Assembly: GCA_029547805.1 (NCBI GenBank)
Contig: JAKPOP010000010.1
Span: 209,675 to 273,674, forward strand
Source: Deltaproteobacteria bacterium
Lineage (GTDB): Bacteria > Myxococcota_A > UBA9042 > DTJE01
Direction: 5' to 3'
Length of the DNA stretch: 64,000 nt
Shown here: piece after piece, positions 31,087 through 40,513 of the stretch
Numbering within the stretch: position 1 is the first letter of the stretch
Layout: each line of letters starts with the position of its first letter
Program-made: the position numbers and the translations under genes
Notes under the pieces: model-generated
Told to the model about the DNA's origin: nothing
Seen by the model: the letters and a program-made list of their open reading frames with translations, nothing else
Databases searched by the model: none

Positions 31087-32612
31087 CCGCTCCCCCTGAT
31101 ACCCCCGACCCCGCCAGCGACCGGCCGCCGGAGGTCCCTCCCCTGCGACCGGACCTGCGCCTCTTGCCCCAGGAGGATGGAGGCGCGCTGCTGGTCGGGG
31201 ATGAGCGGACCCGCCGGATCCGCCTCGACGCCCGGGGAAAGGCGCTGGCAACGTTGCTGGACCGGGCCCAGACCCTCGAGGGACTGAACCAGCGATTGGA
31301 GGAGACCACCGGCCGGGCCATGGAACCGGACGCCCTCCGGCGGACCCTTGCGGCCTTCGATCGCCTCGACCTGTTCCAGAGGACCGACGAGGCGCCACCT
31401 CCCGAAACGGCAGACTGGGAGTCTCTGCCGCTGCGCATCGATCCTCGAGGCCGGTTCACCTGCTCGGCCTGCGGGTCCTGCTGCCACGGAGTCAACGTCC
31501 CCTTTGACCGGGACGCCTTGGAGCGCCTGACGCCCGATCGCCTGGAGGTCCTCCAGCGGGACCTGGGATTCCAGGGGGCCCCGGTCCTGATCCTGAACGC
31601 CGAGACAGGCGGCGAGGCCCTGCCCATCTGCCGCAACCGGTTCGGCGCCTGCCTGTTCCTGGAGGACCGCCTCTGCGCCCTGCACAGCCGGTTCGGGCCT
31701 GAGGCAAAGCCCCTGGTCTGCCGGATGTTTCCATGGGACTTCCTCGTGGGGCCCGATGGCATCACCGTGAGCCTCCAGATGGAGTGCCGGGACCCGAAGG
31801 CCCTCCTCGATGGGGAGCCCCTGTCGGCCCAGGAGGCGGAAGTGAGGGAGCTGCTGCGCCTGGTGGGGACCAGGGCCCTGGAACGGGACCGGGCGACGCT
31901 CGATGGGGCCACCGTCGTCTCCTTCGAGGAGTACCTGGACCTGGAACAGGAGGTCCTTCTGGCCCTCGACCGATCCCCAGGCGGGGGATACGATCTCTGG
32001 GCCACCGGCGGCAGGATCCTGCAGCATCGATGGAACCTGGCGCCGCCCCCTGGTACCCCGACCTCACCGGAGGATGCAGCCCGAGACCTCCAGGCGCTGC
32101 TGCATGATCTGCAGCGACGGATGCAGGCCCTCCGGACCAGCGTCCGCCAGGAAGGAAAGGCCATCCGGGTCGAGAGCCGTCACCTGGACGGGGTCCTGGA
32201 GGCCATTGCAACCCTGCCCCGCCATGGGCCCCAGGTGCTCGCATCGGACGAGAACGAAGAGGCCCTCGCCCTGGTCCGGGCCTGGGTGCGGAACTGGTGG
32301 TGGGGACGGACCCCGCTGCGGATGGGAGACATCCTGTCGGCCCAGGGACTGGGGATGCTCCAGTGGCTCCTCACCCGGGCCCTGGCCGTTCACTCGGCGA
32401 GGCTGGTGGAGCGGAGGTTTTTGACGACCCAGGACCTGGTGGACGCCTGGACGCGGGTCCACTTCTTCCTCCGCAATCGCCGAGTGCGGGATGCGATGCG
32501 CTCCCTTCGACCGGCAGTGATCGCGTTGCTGGTCTTCGGCCTGGAGACGCTCAGGCAGGCGGCTCCCCTGCTTCCCGGGGACGACCCGGGGACGGACTTC
32601 TTCCTGCTCTGA
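31083..32612 (+). CDS. YkgJ-family (UPF0153) Cys-cluster Zn/Fe-binding protein, long form
   Basis: The ATG overlaps the upstream stop (ATGA). Motifs CSACGSCCHGVNVPF ... LPICRNRFGACLFL..RLCALH..KPLVCRMFPW. Confidence 0.65.
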   Translation: MTAPPDTPDPASDRPPEVPPLRPDLRLLPQEDGGALLVGDERTRRIRLDARGKALATLLDRAQTLEGLNQRLEETTGRAMEPDALRRTLAAFDRLDLFQRTDEAPPPETADWESLPLRIDPRGRFTCSACGSCCHGVNVPFDRDALERLTPDRLEVLQRDLGFQGAPVLILNAETGGEALPICRNRFGACLFLEDRLCALHSRFGPEAKPLVCRMFPWDFLVGPDGITVSLQMECRDPKALLDGEPLSAQEAEVRELLRLVGTRALERDRATLDGATVVSFEEYLDLEQEVLLALDRSPGGGYDLWATGGRILQHRWNLAPPPGTPTSPEDAARDLQALLHDLQRRMQALRTSVRQEGKAIRVESRHLDGVLEAIATLPRHGPQVLASDENEEALALVRAWVRNWWWGRTPLRMGDILSAQGLGMLQWLLTRALAVHSARLVERRFLTTQDLVDAWTRVHFFLRNRRVRDAMRSLRPAVIALLVFGLETLRQAAPLLPGDDPGTDFFLL

Positions 32613-32636
32613 GGACCTTCCAGGCCCCGAGGGAGT

Positions 32637-33437
32637 TCAGGTCTGGACCAGCAGGACCGTGACGTTGTCCACGCCACCGGCCTCGAGGGCCCGCTGGATG
32701 AGTCGGTCGGCTCGCTGCTCCAGGTCCAGGGTCGAGTCGTTCAGGATGGTCCGGATCAGGCCGTCCTCCAGCATGTCGTTGAGGCCGTCGGAACAGAGCA
32801 GGTAGAGGTCGCCAGCCTGCACCTTCCGGCGGAACCAGTCCACCTCGGCCTTCTCCTTCAGCCCCAGGGCCTTCATGATCACGTTGCGGTGGGGAAAGGA
32901 CCGGGCATCCCCAGGTTCAATCATCTTCAGTCGCAGATACTCGTTCAGCAGCGAGTGATCCCGGGACAGCACCTCCAGCCGCCCCCTCCGGAGGCGATAG
33001 ATGCGACTGTCCCCCGAATAGACCACGAACAGGCCATCACCCTCGAAGAGGGCACCGACCACCGTGGTCCCCATGCCCCGGAAGGTCATCGAGGAGGCCG
33101 ACATCTCGAAGATCATCCGGTTCGCGTACTCCAGGGCGGCCAGCAGTTCCCGCTCCCGGTGGCGAATGCGCGCCCCCAGGGCACGCAGCGTCTCCGAGAC
33201 GAGGTCCCTGGCCCGAGGCCCGACGTTCCGACTGAACCAGTCCCGGACCGCGTCGGTGCACAGGCCCGCCGCCACGTCCCCCCGGCGATGGCCCCCCATG
33301 CCGTCGGCGACCAGGTAGATGCCCACCTCGGGCATGACAAGGTAGGCGTCCTCGTTTCGCTGGCGCACGCGGCCGACGTCGGTCTTCACCGCGAATCCCC
33401 GCACCGGAGACCCGACGCCCTTCGCTGACTGTTTCAT
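32637..33437 (-). CDS. PP2C-family Ser/Thr protein phosphatase
   Basis: ..GRVRQRNEDAY..YLVADGMGGH..VVYSGDSRIYR..LLCSDGLNDM..GGVDNVTV has the PP2C metal-binding Asp motifs. Confidence 0.85.
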   Translation of the reverse strand: MKQSAKGVGSPVRGFAVKTDVGRVRQRNEDAYLVMPEVGIYLVADGMGGHRRGDVAAGLCTDAVRDWFSRNVGPRARDLVSETLRALGARIRHRERELLAALEYANRMIFEMSASSMTFRGMGTTVVGALFEGDGLFVVYSGDSRIYRLRRGRLEVLSRDHSLLNEYLRLKMIEPGDARSFPHRNVIMKALGLKEKAEVDWFRRKVQAGDLYLLCSDGLNDMLEDGLIRTILNDSTLDLEQRADRLIQRALEAGGVDNVTVLLVQT

Positions 33438-35173
33438 GGCGTCTTCTCCTGGGATGGCCAGGGCGGGGGAAGGATCGGAGGTCGCTCGGCGGCCTCCTGG
33501 GCCCGCTGGATCTCGATCTCCGCGAAGATCATGTCCGGAGCCACCGTGCTCACCGGTACCATTCCCGATTCGGCCCCGCAGTACCCGTTGAACACCCCGT
33601 ACCGGTCGGAGGTGGCCACGACCTTGTTGATGCTCGCCAGGGGAGTCCCCACGATCTCGAACCCCCGGACCAGCGTCTCCTCACCGGTCTCGGCATCGAC
33701 CCGCCAGGCGATCCGCGGCACACCCTTGAAGGCCTGGAAGCCGTATGAGGAGGTGTTCGTGGCGCCGCCAGCGATGGTCTGGACGACCAGGCCGAAGGGC
33801 TTTCCCTGACGCCGGACCTCTTCCAGCAGGAGTTCCTTCATCCGGGCGTGGGGCACCGGACTGGCTCCCCGAATCACCAGATTGGCCATGCGTCCCACCG
33901 GCGGCTGAAAGCCATCCGATCGCCCATGTCCGTTGGATCGGTCGAATCCCGGAAGAGGCCGACGGGACATCAGGAAGCCCCGCAGTACCCCCCGCTCCAC
34001 CAGCACCGCCGGCCGGGCATGGACCCCCTCGTCATCCACCCGATAGAAGCCGTTCAGCGACACCCCCCCCTCGGCCTTCAGCAACGGGTCGTCCACAATG
34101 TCCAAAAAGTCCGGCAGGATCCGCTGCCCCACCTGCCCCTTGAAAGTCCGTCCCTCCTCCTCCCCGGACTGGCGTTGTCCCTCCAGGCGATGGCCCACCG
34201 TCTCGTGGAAGAAGACACCGGTGGCCTCGGGATACATCCAGACTGGCACCGACGTCGGCTCCAGCACCGGGGCCGTCCGCAGCCTCCGGAGCCGGTCCAG
34301 CAGGGCCCGGGTCTGGGACTCCACTTCCTTCGGGTCCGGGAGCTCCGCGGTGCTTCGGCCGTACCATGTGGCGGTGTCCTGCAACAGCATGCCGTCCTCG
34401 GCCCGGGTCACTGCGACGACCATCACCTGCACGTAGTCGTCAATGGTCCGTACCCGAACGCCCTCGCTGTTGACCATCCAGCGGGTCAGCCGGGTCGCCG
34501 CGACCTCCACGGAGGAATCGAAGATCTCCGGGTAGCCGTTCGCAATGGCCCCCACCTCGCGCACGACCCCCTCCCAGCGCTTCCGGTCGAAGGACCAGGG
34601 CGGGGCCTCCTCCAGCAGCACCAGGGGCTCCTCCCGGGTCATGCTCCCGGCCTCTCGGGCCTTGGGGTCGTTGACCTCCCGGGCCTTCACCTGGAGGTAG
34701 GACATCAGGGCGGCCTTGTACCGGTAGTCCGTCAACAGCCAGAGCACGGTCCGGAGGGCCGGGATCGAGGGGTCGATGGGGGCGACGTTGTTCGGGGTCC
34801 ATTTCTGTCGCGGGTTGAAGAAGGCCTCGGTGTCCTCGCTGCTGTCCATGTCGTAGGACCCGACCCGCACGTCCACGCTGGCGTTTCGGACCCGGGTGGA
34901 CTGGGACTGGAAGACGGCCCCGGCCTTGCCGGCCACATAGTGCCGATCGAGGTCCCGGACCGTGTAGGACAGGAAATAGGGCGCGTCGTAGCCCTCCAGG
35001 CGCAACCGCTCCCGGCTCCGGTCCATCTCCTGAGTCATGGCCGACATGACCCAGTCGCCGGCCACCGGCCGCCCGGCGGCGGCGCCCCCCGGATCCACCA
35101 CGAGGGTCACCAGGACTCCCAGCACCCCGGCCGCCACATCTCCCCGTGTGATCGCACGTCGGCACACGGTCAT
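33434..35173 (-). CDS. TldD/PmbA-family metalloprotease
   Basis: The N-terminus has a signal or anchor. TldD-type motifs FFHETVGHRLEG (HExxxH) and GxC..DG are present. The stop overlaps the PP2C start by 4 nt. Confidence 0.8.
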   Translation of the reverse strand: MTVCRRAITRGDVAAGVLGVLVTLVVDPGGAAAGRPVAGDWVMSAMTQEMDRSRERLRLEGYDAPYFLSYTVRDLDRHYVAGKAGAVFQSQSTRVRNASVDVRVGSYDMDSSEDTEAFFNPRQKWTPNNVAPIDPSIPALRTVLWLLTDYRYKAALMSYLQVKAREVNDPKAREAGSMTREEPLVLLEEAPPWSFDRKRWEGVVREVGAIANGYPEIFDSSVEVAATRLTRWMVNSEGVRVRTIDDYVQVMVVAVTRAEDGMLLQDTATWYGRSTAELPDPKEVESQTRALLDRLRRLRTAPVLEPTSVPVWMYPEATGVFFHETVGHRLEGQRQSGEEEGRTFKGQVGQRILPDFLDIVDDPLLKAEGGVSLNGFYRVDDEGVHARPAVLVERGVLRGFLMSRRPLPGFDRSNGHGRSDGFQPPVGRMANLVIRGASPVPHARMKELLLEEVRRQGKPFGLVVQTIAGGATNTSSYGFQAFKGVPRIAWRVDAETGEETLVRGFEIVGTPLASINKVVATSDRYGVFNGYCGAESGMVPVSTVAPDMIFAEIEIQRAQEAAERPPILPPPWPSQEKTP

Positions 35174-35580
35174 TCCCTTTCGGGCGCGGTTCGCAACAGG
35201 TCCCGCAACGCGCCCTCGTCCGCCGGAGGAAACGGAAACTCCTCCATCTCCTCCAGGGTCACCCAGCGCAGGTCATGGACCTGCCGAGGCACCAGCCGGT
35301 CCTCCAGCAGATGGCAACGATAGACCCGGAAGTCCAGTTCGAACTCCGGGTAGGAATGCAGGCTCCGCCCCAGGAGAGGCCCGACCTCGACCCGGGCCTC
35401 CAGTTCCTCCAGCAGTTCCCGCCGAAGGGCCTCTCCGTCCTCCTCGCCGGGCTCCACCTTGCCGCCAGGGAATTCCCAGTGCAGGCCATAGGCCGCATGG
35501 GGTCTCCGCTGAGTGATCAGATATCGCCCGTCCCGCTCGATGACCGCTGCGACCACCCGGACCCGTCTTGGAGTGCCCAC
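35170..35580 (-). CDS. NUDIX hydrolase (MutT-like)
   Basis: Nudix box FPGGKVEPGEEDGEALRRELLEELE. The GTG start at 35580 is chosen. The rest of the 523-aa track ORF is out-of-frame overlap with the GNAT and kor genes. Confidence 0.8.
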   Translation of the reverse strand: MGTPRRVRVVAAVIERDGRYLITQRRPHAAYGLHWEFPGGKVEPGEEDGEALRRELLEELEARVEVGPLLGRSLHSYPEFELDFRVYRCHLLEDRLVPRQVHDLRWVTLEEMEEFPFPPADEGALRDLLRTAPERE

Positions 35581-35660
35581 CGTTCCGTCCTCGTTCCAAC
35601 CGCCGGGCCCGGGGGTTCCCTTCCGGTTCCCTGATGGCGGGACCCGGACGAAACCCGGGA

Positions 35661-36260
35661 TCAGTGATCCACCATCGGGTTGAAGTCCCTGGTCAGGTCC
35701 TCCACCGCCTGCCAGACATGGGAGACGTCGTTGGACAGCAGATGCAGGTCCCGAAGCCTCCCGGAGATGTCCTTGACGTGGCGACGCAGCACCGCCTCCT
35801 CCTCGAAGCCCATGCGCTGCATCCCTTCCAGCAGCGGCCTCCTGCCGTCGGGAATCGACACGAAGACCTTCTCGATCCCGGCAGACGGCGCCGAATGGAT
35901 CAGGAACCGGGTCATGATCTTCGCGAGCCCCATCCGCTGGAAGGGACGGGCGATCACCAGCCGGATCTCGGCCACGTGGGCGGTCCACCCGTAGCGGCTC
36001 CGCTCCAGCGTGGCCGAGGCGACGATCTCGCCGCCGCTCTCGCCCACCAGGGACAGGATCATCCGCTCCGTGTCCCGGACCAGTCGATGGGCCACCTCCG
36101 GACGGGTGACGTCGTTCCGCAGGAACAGGCGGTCCGCCTTCGGAAGTCCCCGGAAGAACCGCAGCAGGCCCGCCTCGTCGGAGAGGAGCGTCTCCCGGAT
36201 CACCACCACCCGCCCGTCGGGCAGATGCACCTCGCAGGGCAACTTGTCTGGATGCTCCAC
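35661..36260 (-). CDS. GNAT-family N-acetyltransferase
   Basis: Acetyl-CoA binding motif IARPFQRMGLAKIM.. and overall GNAT topology. Confidence 0.8.
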   Translation of the reverse strand: MEHPDKLPCEVHLPDGRVVVIRETLLSDEAGLLRFFRGLPKADRLFLRNDVTRPEVAHRLVRDTERMILSLVGESGGEIVASATLERSRYGWTAHVAEIRLVIARPFQRMGLAKIMTRFLIHSAPSAGIEKVFVSIPDGRRPLLEGMQRMGFEEEAVLRRHVKDISGRLRDLHLLSNDVSHVWQAVEDLTRDFNPMVDH

Positions 36261-36293
36261 GGCGCCTCCTCCATCGACCCGACCTGAGGCATT

Positions 36294-36887
36294 CTATCCC
36301 AAACGCGGCGCGGAGGCTGCAGGGTCCCTGGCGACCGTTCGCTCCCGGGCCTCGAGGCCATGTTCCAGCCCCTTCTGGAAGGCCGCCCGGTTCAGGGCCT
36401 CGGTCCCCTTGGGGACCAGCGCCAGGAGGGCCTGCTCCGCGGCCTCCCGGGACACAATCCCCGTGACGCCGACGAAGAAGCCCACCATCACGATGTTCAG
36501 CACGAGCCGCCGGCCCAGTTCCTCGGCGAACCGGGTCGCCGGAACCCCGTAGCAACGCACGCCATCGGGCAGGCCCGGGCCCGGCGTCACCAGGTCCTCC
36601 TCGTAGATCAGGATGCCGCCGGGCTTCAACTGGGAGGCGAAGATCTGGTAGGCGTCGGGCGACATCACGACCAGGATGTCCGGCTGGCGGACGTAGGGGT
36701 AGTCCACCGGGTCGTCGTCGATGGTCACCTGGGCGCTGCACGCGCTCCCTCGGGCCTCGGGGCCGAAGGCCTGGATCAGCGTCGCATGACGACCGTCGTG
36801 GATGCTGGCGGCCCGTCCCAGCAGGATCCCCGAGAGGATCACCCCCTGTCCCCCCAGGCCCCCGATCCGAATCTCAACCCTCGACAT
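36294..36887 (-). CDS. korG: 2-oxoacid:ferredoxin oxidoreductase, gamma subunit
   Basis: RIGGLGGQGVILSGILLGRAA..AFGPEARGS.. is the gamma-subunit signature. It overlaps korB by 14 nt. Confidence 0.85.
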   Translation of the reverse strand: MSRVEIRIGGLGGQGVILSGILLGRAASIHDGRHATLIQAFGPEARGSACSAQVTIDDDPVDYPYVRQPDILVVMSPDAYQIFASQLKPGGILIYEEDLVTPGPGLPDGVRCYGVPATRFAEELGRRLVLNIVMVGFFVGVTGIVSREAAEQALLALVPKGTEALNRAAFQKGLEHGLEARERTVARDPAASAPRLG

Positions 36888-37782
36888 GGCTTCCCCCCCC
36901 GACGGGACGGTAGCGGTCCCCGAATACCTTCTGGTAGTAGGCGTCCATGGCCTCGAGCCACGTCGGTCGGGGCCTGTCCACGAAGGTGCCCACGACGATC
37001 TCTCCCTCCATCCCCAGTCCGATGGTCCGGGTGTCCGCCCCGTCGCGGATCACCGACCGCTCCTTGTAGACCCGGACCCCATCCACCCCGTCCCCCAGGC
37101 GGTTGCGCCGCAGAAAGAGCGTGGGACAGGGGGCCAGGATCTCGATGAAGCGGAAGCCCTTGCGGCGGAAGGCCTCCTTGAAGGTCCGGGCCAGTTGCCG
37201 CACGTGGTAGACGGTCCAGCGGGCGACGAAGACCGCTCCGGCCGCCTCGGCGATGTAGGGGAGGCTCATCGGGGCCTCGAAGTTGCCGAAGGGCGCCGTG
37301 GTCTGGGAGGCTCCCTCGGGAGTGGTCGGCGCCAGTTGCCCTCCGGTCATTCCGTAGGTGAAGTTGTTCACGCAGACGACCATCAGGTCCTGGTTGCGTC
37401 GGGCGGCGTGCAGGAAGTGGTTCCCCCCGATGGCGAAGAGGTCGCCGTCGCCGGAATAGACCACCACTTCCAGTTCCGGGCGGGCGAGCTTGAGGCCCGT
37501 GGCGAAGGGGATGGCCCTCCCGTGGGTCGTGTGGAAGGAGTCGAGGTTCAGGTAGCCCGCCACCCGCCCGGTGCAGCCGATGCCGCTCACGATGGCGAGG
37601 CGGTCCAGGCCCACCCCGGCGTCGGTCAGGGCCCGGGTGAAGCAGTTCACCGTGGTGCCGATGCCACAGCCGGGGCACCAGATGTGTGGCATCCGCTCCT
37701 GGCGCAGGAAGGACATCACCGGGTTGTCCAGCGGAGGCTGGATGGCCAGGTTCGGGTCTTCGAGGGGCGTCGTCTCGCTCAT
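36874..37782 (-). CDS. korB: 2-oxoacid:ferredoxin oxidoreductase, beta (TPP-binding) subunit
   Basis: WCPGCGIGT..SGIGCTGRV..GDGDLFAIGGNHF is the TPP/Mg-binding GDG motif. Confidence 0.9.
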   Translation of the reverse strand: MSETTPLEDPNLAIQPPLDNPVMSFLRQERMPHIWCPGCGIGTTVNCFTRALTDAGVGLDRLAIVSGIGCTGRVAGYLNLDSFHTTHGRAIPFATGLKLARPELEVVVYSGDGDLFAIGGNHFLHAARRNQDLMVVCVNNFTYGMTGGQLAPTTPEGASQTTAPFGNFEAPMSLPYIAEAAGAVFVARWTVYHVRQLARTFKEAFRRKGFRFIEILAPCPTLFLRRNRLGDGVDGVRVYKERSVIRDGADTRTIGLGMEGEIVVGTFVDRPRPTWLEAMDAYYQKVFGDRYRPVGGGSHVEG

Positions 37783-38936
37783 CGGGCTGCCTCCAGGATG
37801 CGTTGCAGGATCGCGTCGGGGTCATGAACCGTCCCGCCGGCATGATCCACCGGCAGCACCGGGACGCCGGCCGGGATCGATCGCTCGACCTCCTGGACCA
37901 TCTGTCCCAGGTTCAGTTCGGGCACCACGACTCCCCGGACTCCCGAGGCCAGCGCCCGGATCCGGTCCCGGGGGAAGGGCCAGGCAATGACGAGGCGGGC
38001 ATGGCCGACCCGGATGCCCTTCTCCCGGGCGCTCCGGACGGCCGCCGAGGCCACCCGGGAGGTGATGCCGTAGGACACCACGAGCACCTCGGCCCCCTCG
38101 CACTGGTCCTCCCGGACGTCCACGAGGGCCTCCCCGGCCTTCCGGATCTTGTCGTTGAGCCGTCGGATCAGGCGGTCCTGGTGCTGGGGATTCATGGCCG
38201 GGTAGCCCCGCTCGTCGTGGGTGAGGCCCGTGATGTGGATCCGATAGCCGTCCCCGGCCCGGACCATCTCCGGGACACCGTCGGGGGTCGGCTCGTAGGG
38301 CCGGTACTGCCCCGGGGCCTTCGAAGTCCAGCGCCGCTCCACCACCTCGATGGCCGAGGCCTCCGGGATCACCACCTTCTCGGTCATGTGGCCGACCACC
38401 TCGTCCATCATCACAAAGACGGGGGCCCTCCAGGTCTCTGCCAGATTGAAGGCCCGGATGGTCAGGTCGAAGCACTCCTGGGGCGAGGAGGGGCAGAGGG
38501 CGATCACCTGGTAGTCGCCGTGGGACCCCCATTTCACCTGCATCATGTCCGCCTGGGCCGGCAGGGTCGGCAGCCCCGTGGAGGGCCCGCCCCGCTGGAC
38601 GTCGATGAAGACGCAGGGCGTCTCGGTGATCGCCGCGAAGCCCAGGTGCTCCATCATCAGCGACAGGCCCGGACCGGAGGTCACCGTCATCACCTTCTGC
38701 CCGCCCCAGGCGGCGCCCAGGATGGCAATGGAGGCCGCCAGTTCATCCTCCATCTGGATGAAGACGCCACCGACCAGGGGAATGCGACCGGCGAAGCGCT
38801 CCACCACCTCGGTCGAGGGGGTGATGGGGTAGCCGGCGACGAACCGGCAGCCCGCCGCCAGGGCTCCCTCGCAGGCCGCATGGTCCCCGTCCAGGAAATG
38901 CACGCCCGTCAGCACGCCTCGCGGATCCGCCGTCAT
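37779..38936 (-). CDS. korA: 2-oxoacid:ferredoxin oxidoreductase, alpha subunit
   Basis: GDHAACEGALAAGCRFVAGYPITPSTEV..TSGPGLSLMME is the alpha-subunit N-terminus. The ATG overlaps the ferredoxin stop (ATGA). Confidence 0.9.
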   Translation of the reverse strand: MTADPRGVLTGVHFLDGDHAACEGALAAGCRFVAGYPITPSTEVVERFAGRIPLVGGVFIQMEDELAASIAILGAAWGGQKVMTVTSGPGLSLMMEHLGFAAITETPCVFIDVQRGGPSTGLPTLPAQADMMQVKWGSHGDYQVIALCPSSPQECFDLTIRAFNLAETWRAPVFVMMDEVVGHMTEKVVIPEASAIEVVERRWTSKAPGQYRPYEPTPDGVPEMVRAGDGYRIHITGLTHDERGYPAMNPQHQDRLIRRLNDKIRKAGEALVDVREDQCEGAEVLVVSYGITSRVASAAVRSAREKGIRVGHARLVIAWPFPRDRIRALASGVRGVVVPELNLGQMVQEVERSIPAGVPVLPVDHAGGTVHDPDAILQRILEAAR

Positions 38937-39235
38937 TTCGGGGTCCCTCCCTCGTTCTGGGTCCTGGCCATGAGCCGCTCCCGCATCGCCTCGATCTCCT
39001 GGAAACGCATCCCGAAGATCGCGAAGTCGGGGCAATAGAGGCCGCAGAGGCCGCACCCGGTGCAGTCCTCGGGCCGGGCCAGCGTCGGGTAGTGGTAGCC
39101 CTTCGCGTTGAAGTTCGGGCTGAATTCCAGGCAGTCGGTCGGACAGAACTCGATGCAGTAATCGCACCCCTTGCAGAGTTCCGGACGAACGAAGACCGTG
39201 CCCCTGGCCTTGCGAGATGTCCCGTTGCCAGCCAT
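38933..39235 (-). CDS. korD: 2x[4Fe-4S] ferredoxin delta subunit of the oxoacid:ferredoxin oxidoreductase
   Basis: CKGCDYCIEFCP and CTGCGLCGLYCP. The ATG at 39235 is preferred over the upstream alternative start. Confidence 0.85.
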   Translation of the reverse strand: MAGNGTSRKARGTVFVRPELCKGCDYCIEFCPTDCLEFSPNFNAKGYHYPTLARPEDCTGCGLCGLYCPDFAIFGMRFQEIEAMRERLMARTQNEGGTPK

Positions 39236-39429
39236 GCGTTTGCCCTCCCAAGACGCCCCGCCCAAGGGACGAGGTCTGGCCTGTCCTAAACCCGCCCCCA
39301 CGGCCTGTCAAGCGTCCGATCCGCGACCGGAATCGAGGAAGGCCCCACCCCCGCTTGCCGATCCCGTGGGCGCGCCCCATTGTATCGGAGATTTTTTGTC
39401 CTGGTTCCTTTTTCCTCCGAGGAGGTCCC

Positions 39430-39693
39430 ATGAAACTCCGGTTCCTTCAGAGAGTCCCCGTTTCGGTACGCCTGGCGATGGCTGCGCTGCTGGGCGTCCT
39501 GGGGGGCCTGGCATGGTATCGCTTCGTGGGATGCCGCAGCGGGGGCTGTCCACTGACATCGAATCCCTGGCTGATGGCCTTGTTCGGCGCGGCGATGGGC
39601 CTGTCGCTGGGGTGGCCCGACGGCGGGATCCGATCCGGCCGGGGCCCCAAGGACCCCGGTCAGGAGGCCTCCGAAGACCGCAATGTGGTATGA
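39430..39693 (+). CDS. Small two-TM membrane protein with GC-x-SGGCP-x-TSNPW motif (DUF6132-like)
   Basis: GGAGG RBS 4 nt upstream. MKLRFLQRVPVSVRLAMAALLGVLGGLAWYRFVGCRSGGCPLTSNPWLMALFGAAMGLSLGW. Confidence 0.55.
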   Translation: MKLRFLQRVPVSVRLAMAALLGVLGGLAWYRFVGCRSGGCPLTSNPWLMALFGAAMGLSLGWPDGGIRSGRGPKDPGQEASEDRNVV

Positions 39694-39720
39694 TGCCGGC
39701 CGGATCGGGAGGTCCAGGCC

Positions 39721-40485
39721 ATGGGATTTCTGAGCAGACTGTTCGGCGGGGGAGGTCAGGGAAGCGGAGGAACGGGCGACGGGCAGCCCGGGGGACTCCC
39801 GCCAGCCATCGCCCGCCTGGTCAAGAAGGTCGAGAACAAGTACGGACAGCCCGAGGACCGCCGGGCGGCCATCAAGCAACTGGCCGAGATGGGGACCACC
39901 GACGCGGTGCGGGGCCTGCTCCGGCGCTTCACCTTCCGCATCGAGCAGACCATCGGGGACGAGGAGGAGAAGCAGATGGTCTTCGAGGAGGTGGTGCGCC
40001 TGGGCCCCACCTCGGTCCCGGCCCTGCTGGAGTTCCTGGAGAAGGAGAACTCCCCCTTCTGGCCCACCCGGGCCCTGCGGGAGATCGTGGGAGACCAGCA
40101 GGCGGTCACCCACCTGCTGGACATCATCGACCGCACCGAGGCCATCTTCGACCGCGACATCGAGCGGAAGGTGGAACTGGTCTCGAACCTCCGAGAATTC
40201 CAGGACGAACGGGTCAAGGAGCGGCTCCTGGGACTGCTCCAGGACGAGAACGAGGAACTCCGGGTGCACGCCCTGGAGGGGCTCGCGGAGCGAGACGCCG
40301 AGGAGATGACCGACGTGCTGGTGGAGCGCCTGCTGGACGAGAACGAGACCCAGCGGGTGAAGACCACCGTGCTGAACCTCCTGATCGACCGCAAGTGGAA
40401 GGTCAAGCGGCACAAGGAGGCCATCCGGAAGGTCATCCCCCAGACCTTCTGGATCGATGACGTCGGGGTCATCCACCGGCGGTGA
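39721..40485 (+). CDS. HEAT/PBS-lyase-like repeat protein
   Basis: Repeated ..AI.aL.ElG..dAv..L.. helical pairs (AAIKQLAEMGTTDAVRGLL; VHALEGLAERDAEEMTDVLVERLLDE). Confidence 0.65.
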   Translation: MGFLSRLFGGGGQGSGGTGDGQPGGLPPAIARLVKKVENKYGQPEDRRAAIKQLAEMGTTDAVRGLLRRFTFRIEQTIGDEEEKQMVFEEVVRLGPTSVPALLEFLEKENSPFWPTRALREIVGDQQAVTHLLDIIDRTEAIFDRDIERKVELVSNLREFQDERVKERLLGLLQDENEELRVHALEGLAERDAEEMTDVLVERLLDENETQRVKTTVLNLLIDRKWKVKRHKEAIRKVIPQTFWIDDVGVIHRR

Positions 40486-40513
40486 CCCGGAACCCGCGAC
40501 CAGGAGGACCCCC

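Noticed and set aside
29839-31398. 519-aa minus-strand ORF opposite the TPR and YkgJ genes
   Set aside because: Antisense artefact. The plus-strand genes have TPR periodicity and CxxC clusters.
40457-40513. Upstream ATG start at 40457 for the hypothetical gene
   Set aside because: It would overlap the HEAT-repeat gene by 29 nt and lacks an RBS. The GTG at 40514 has AGGAGG 5 nt upstream.
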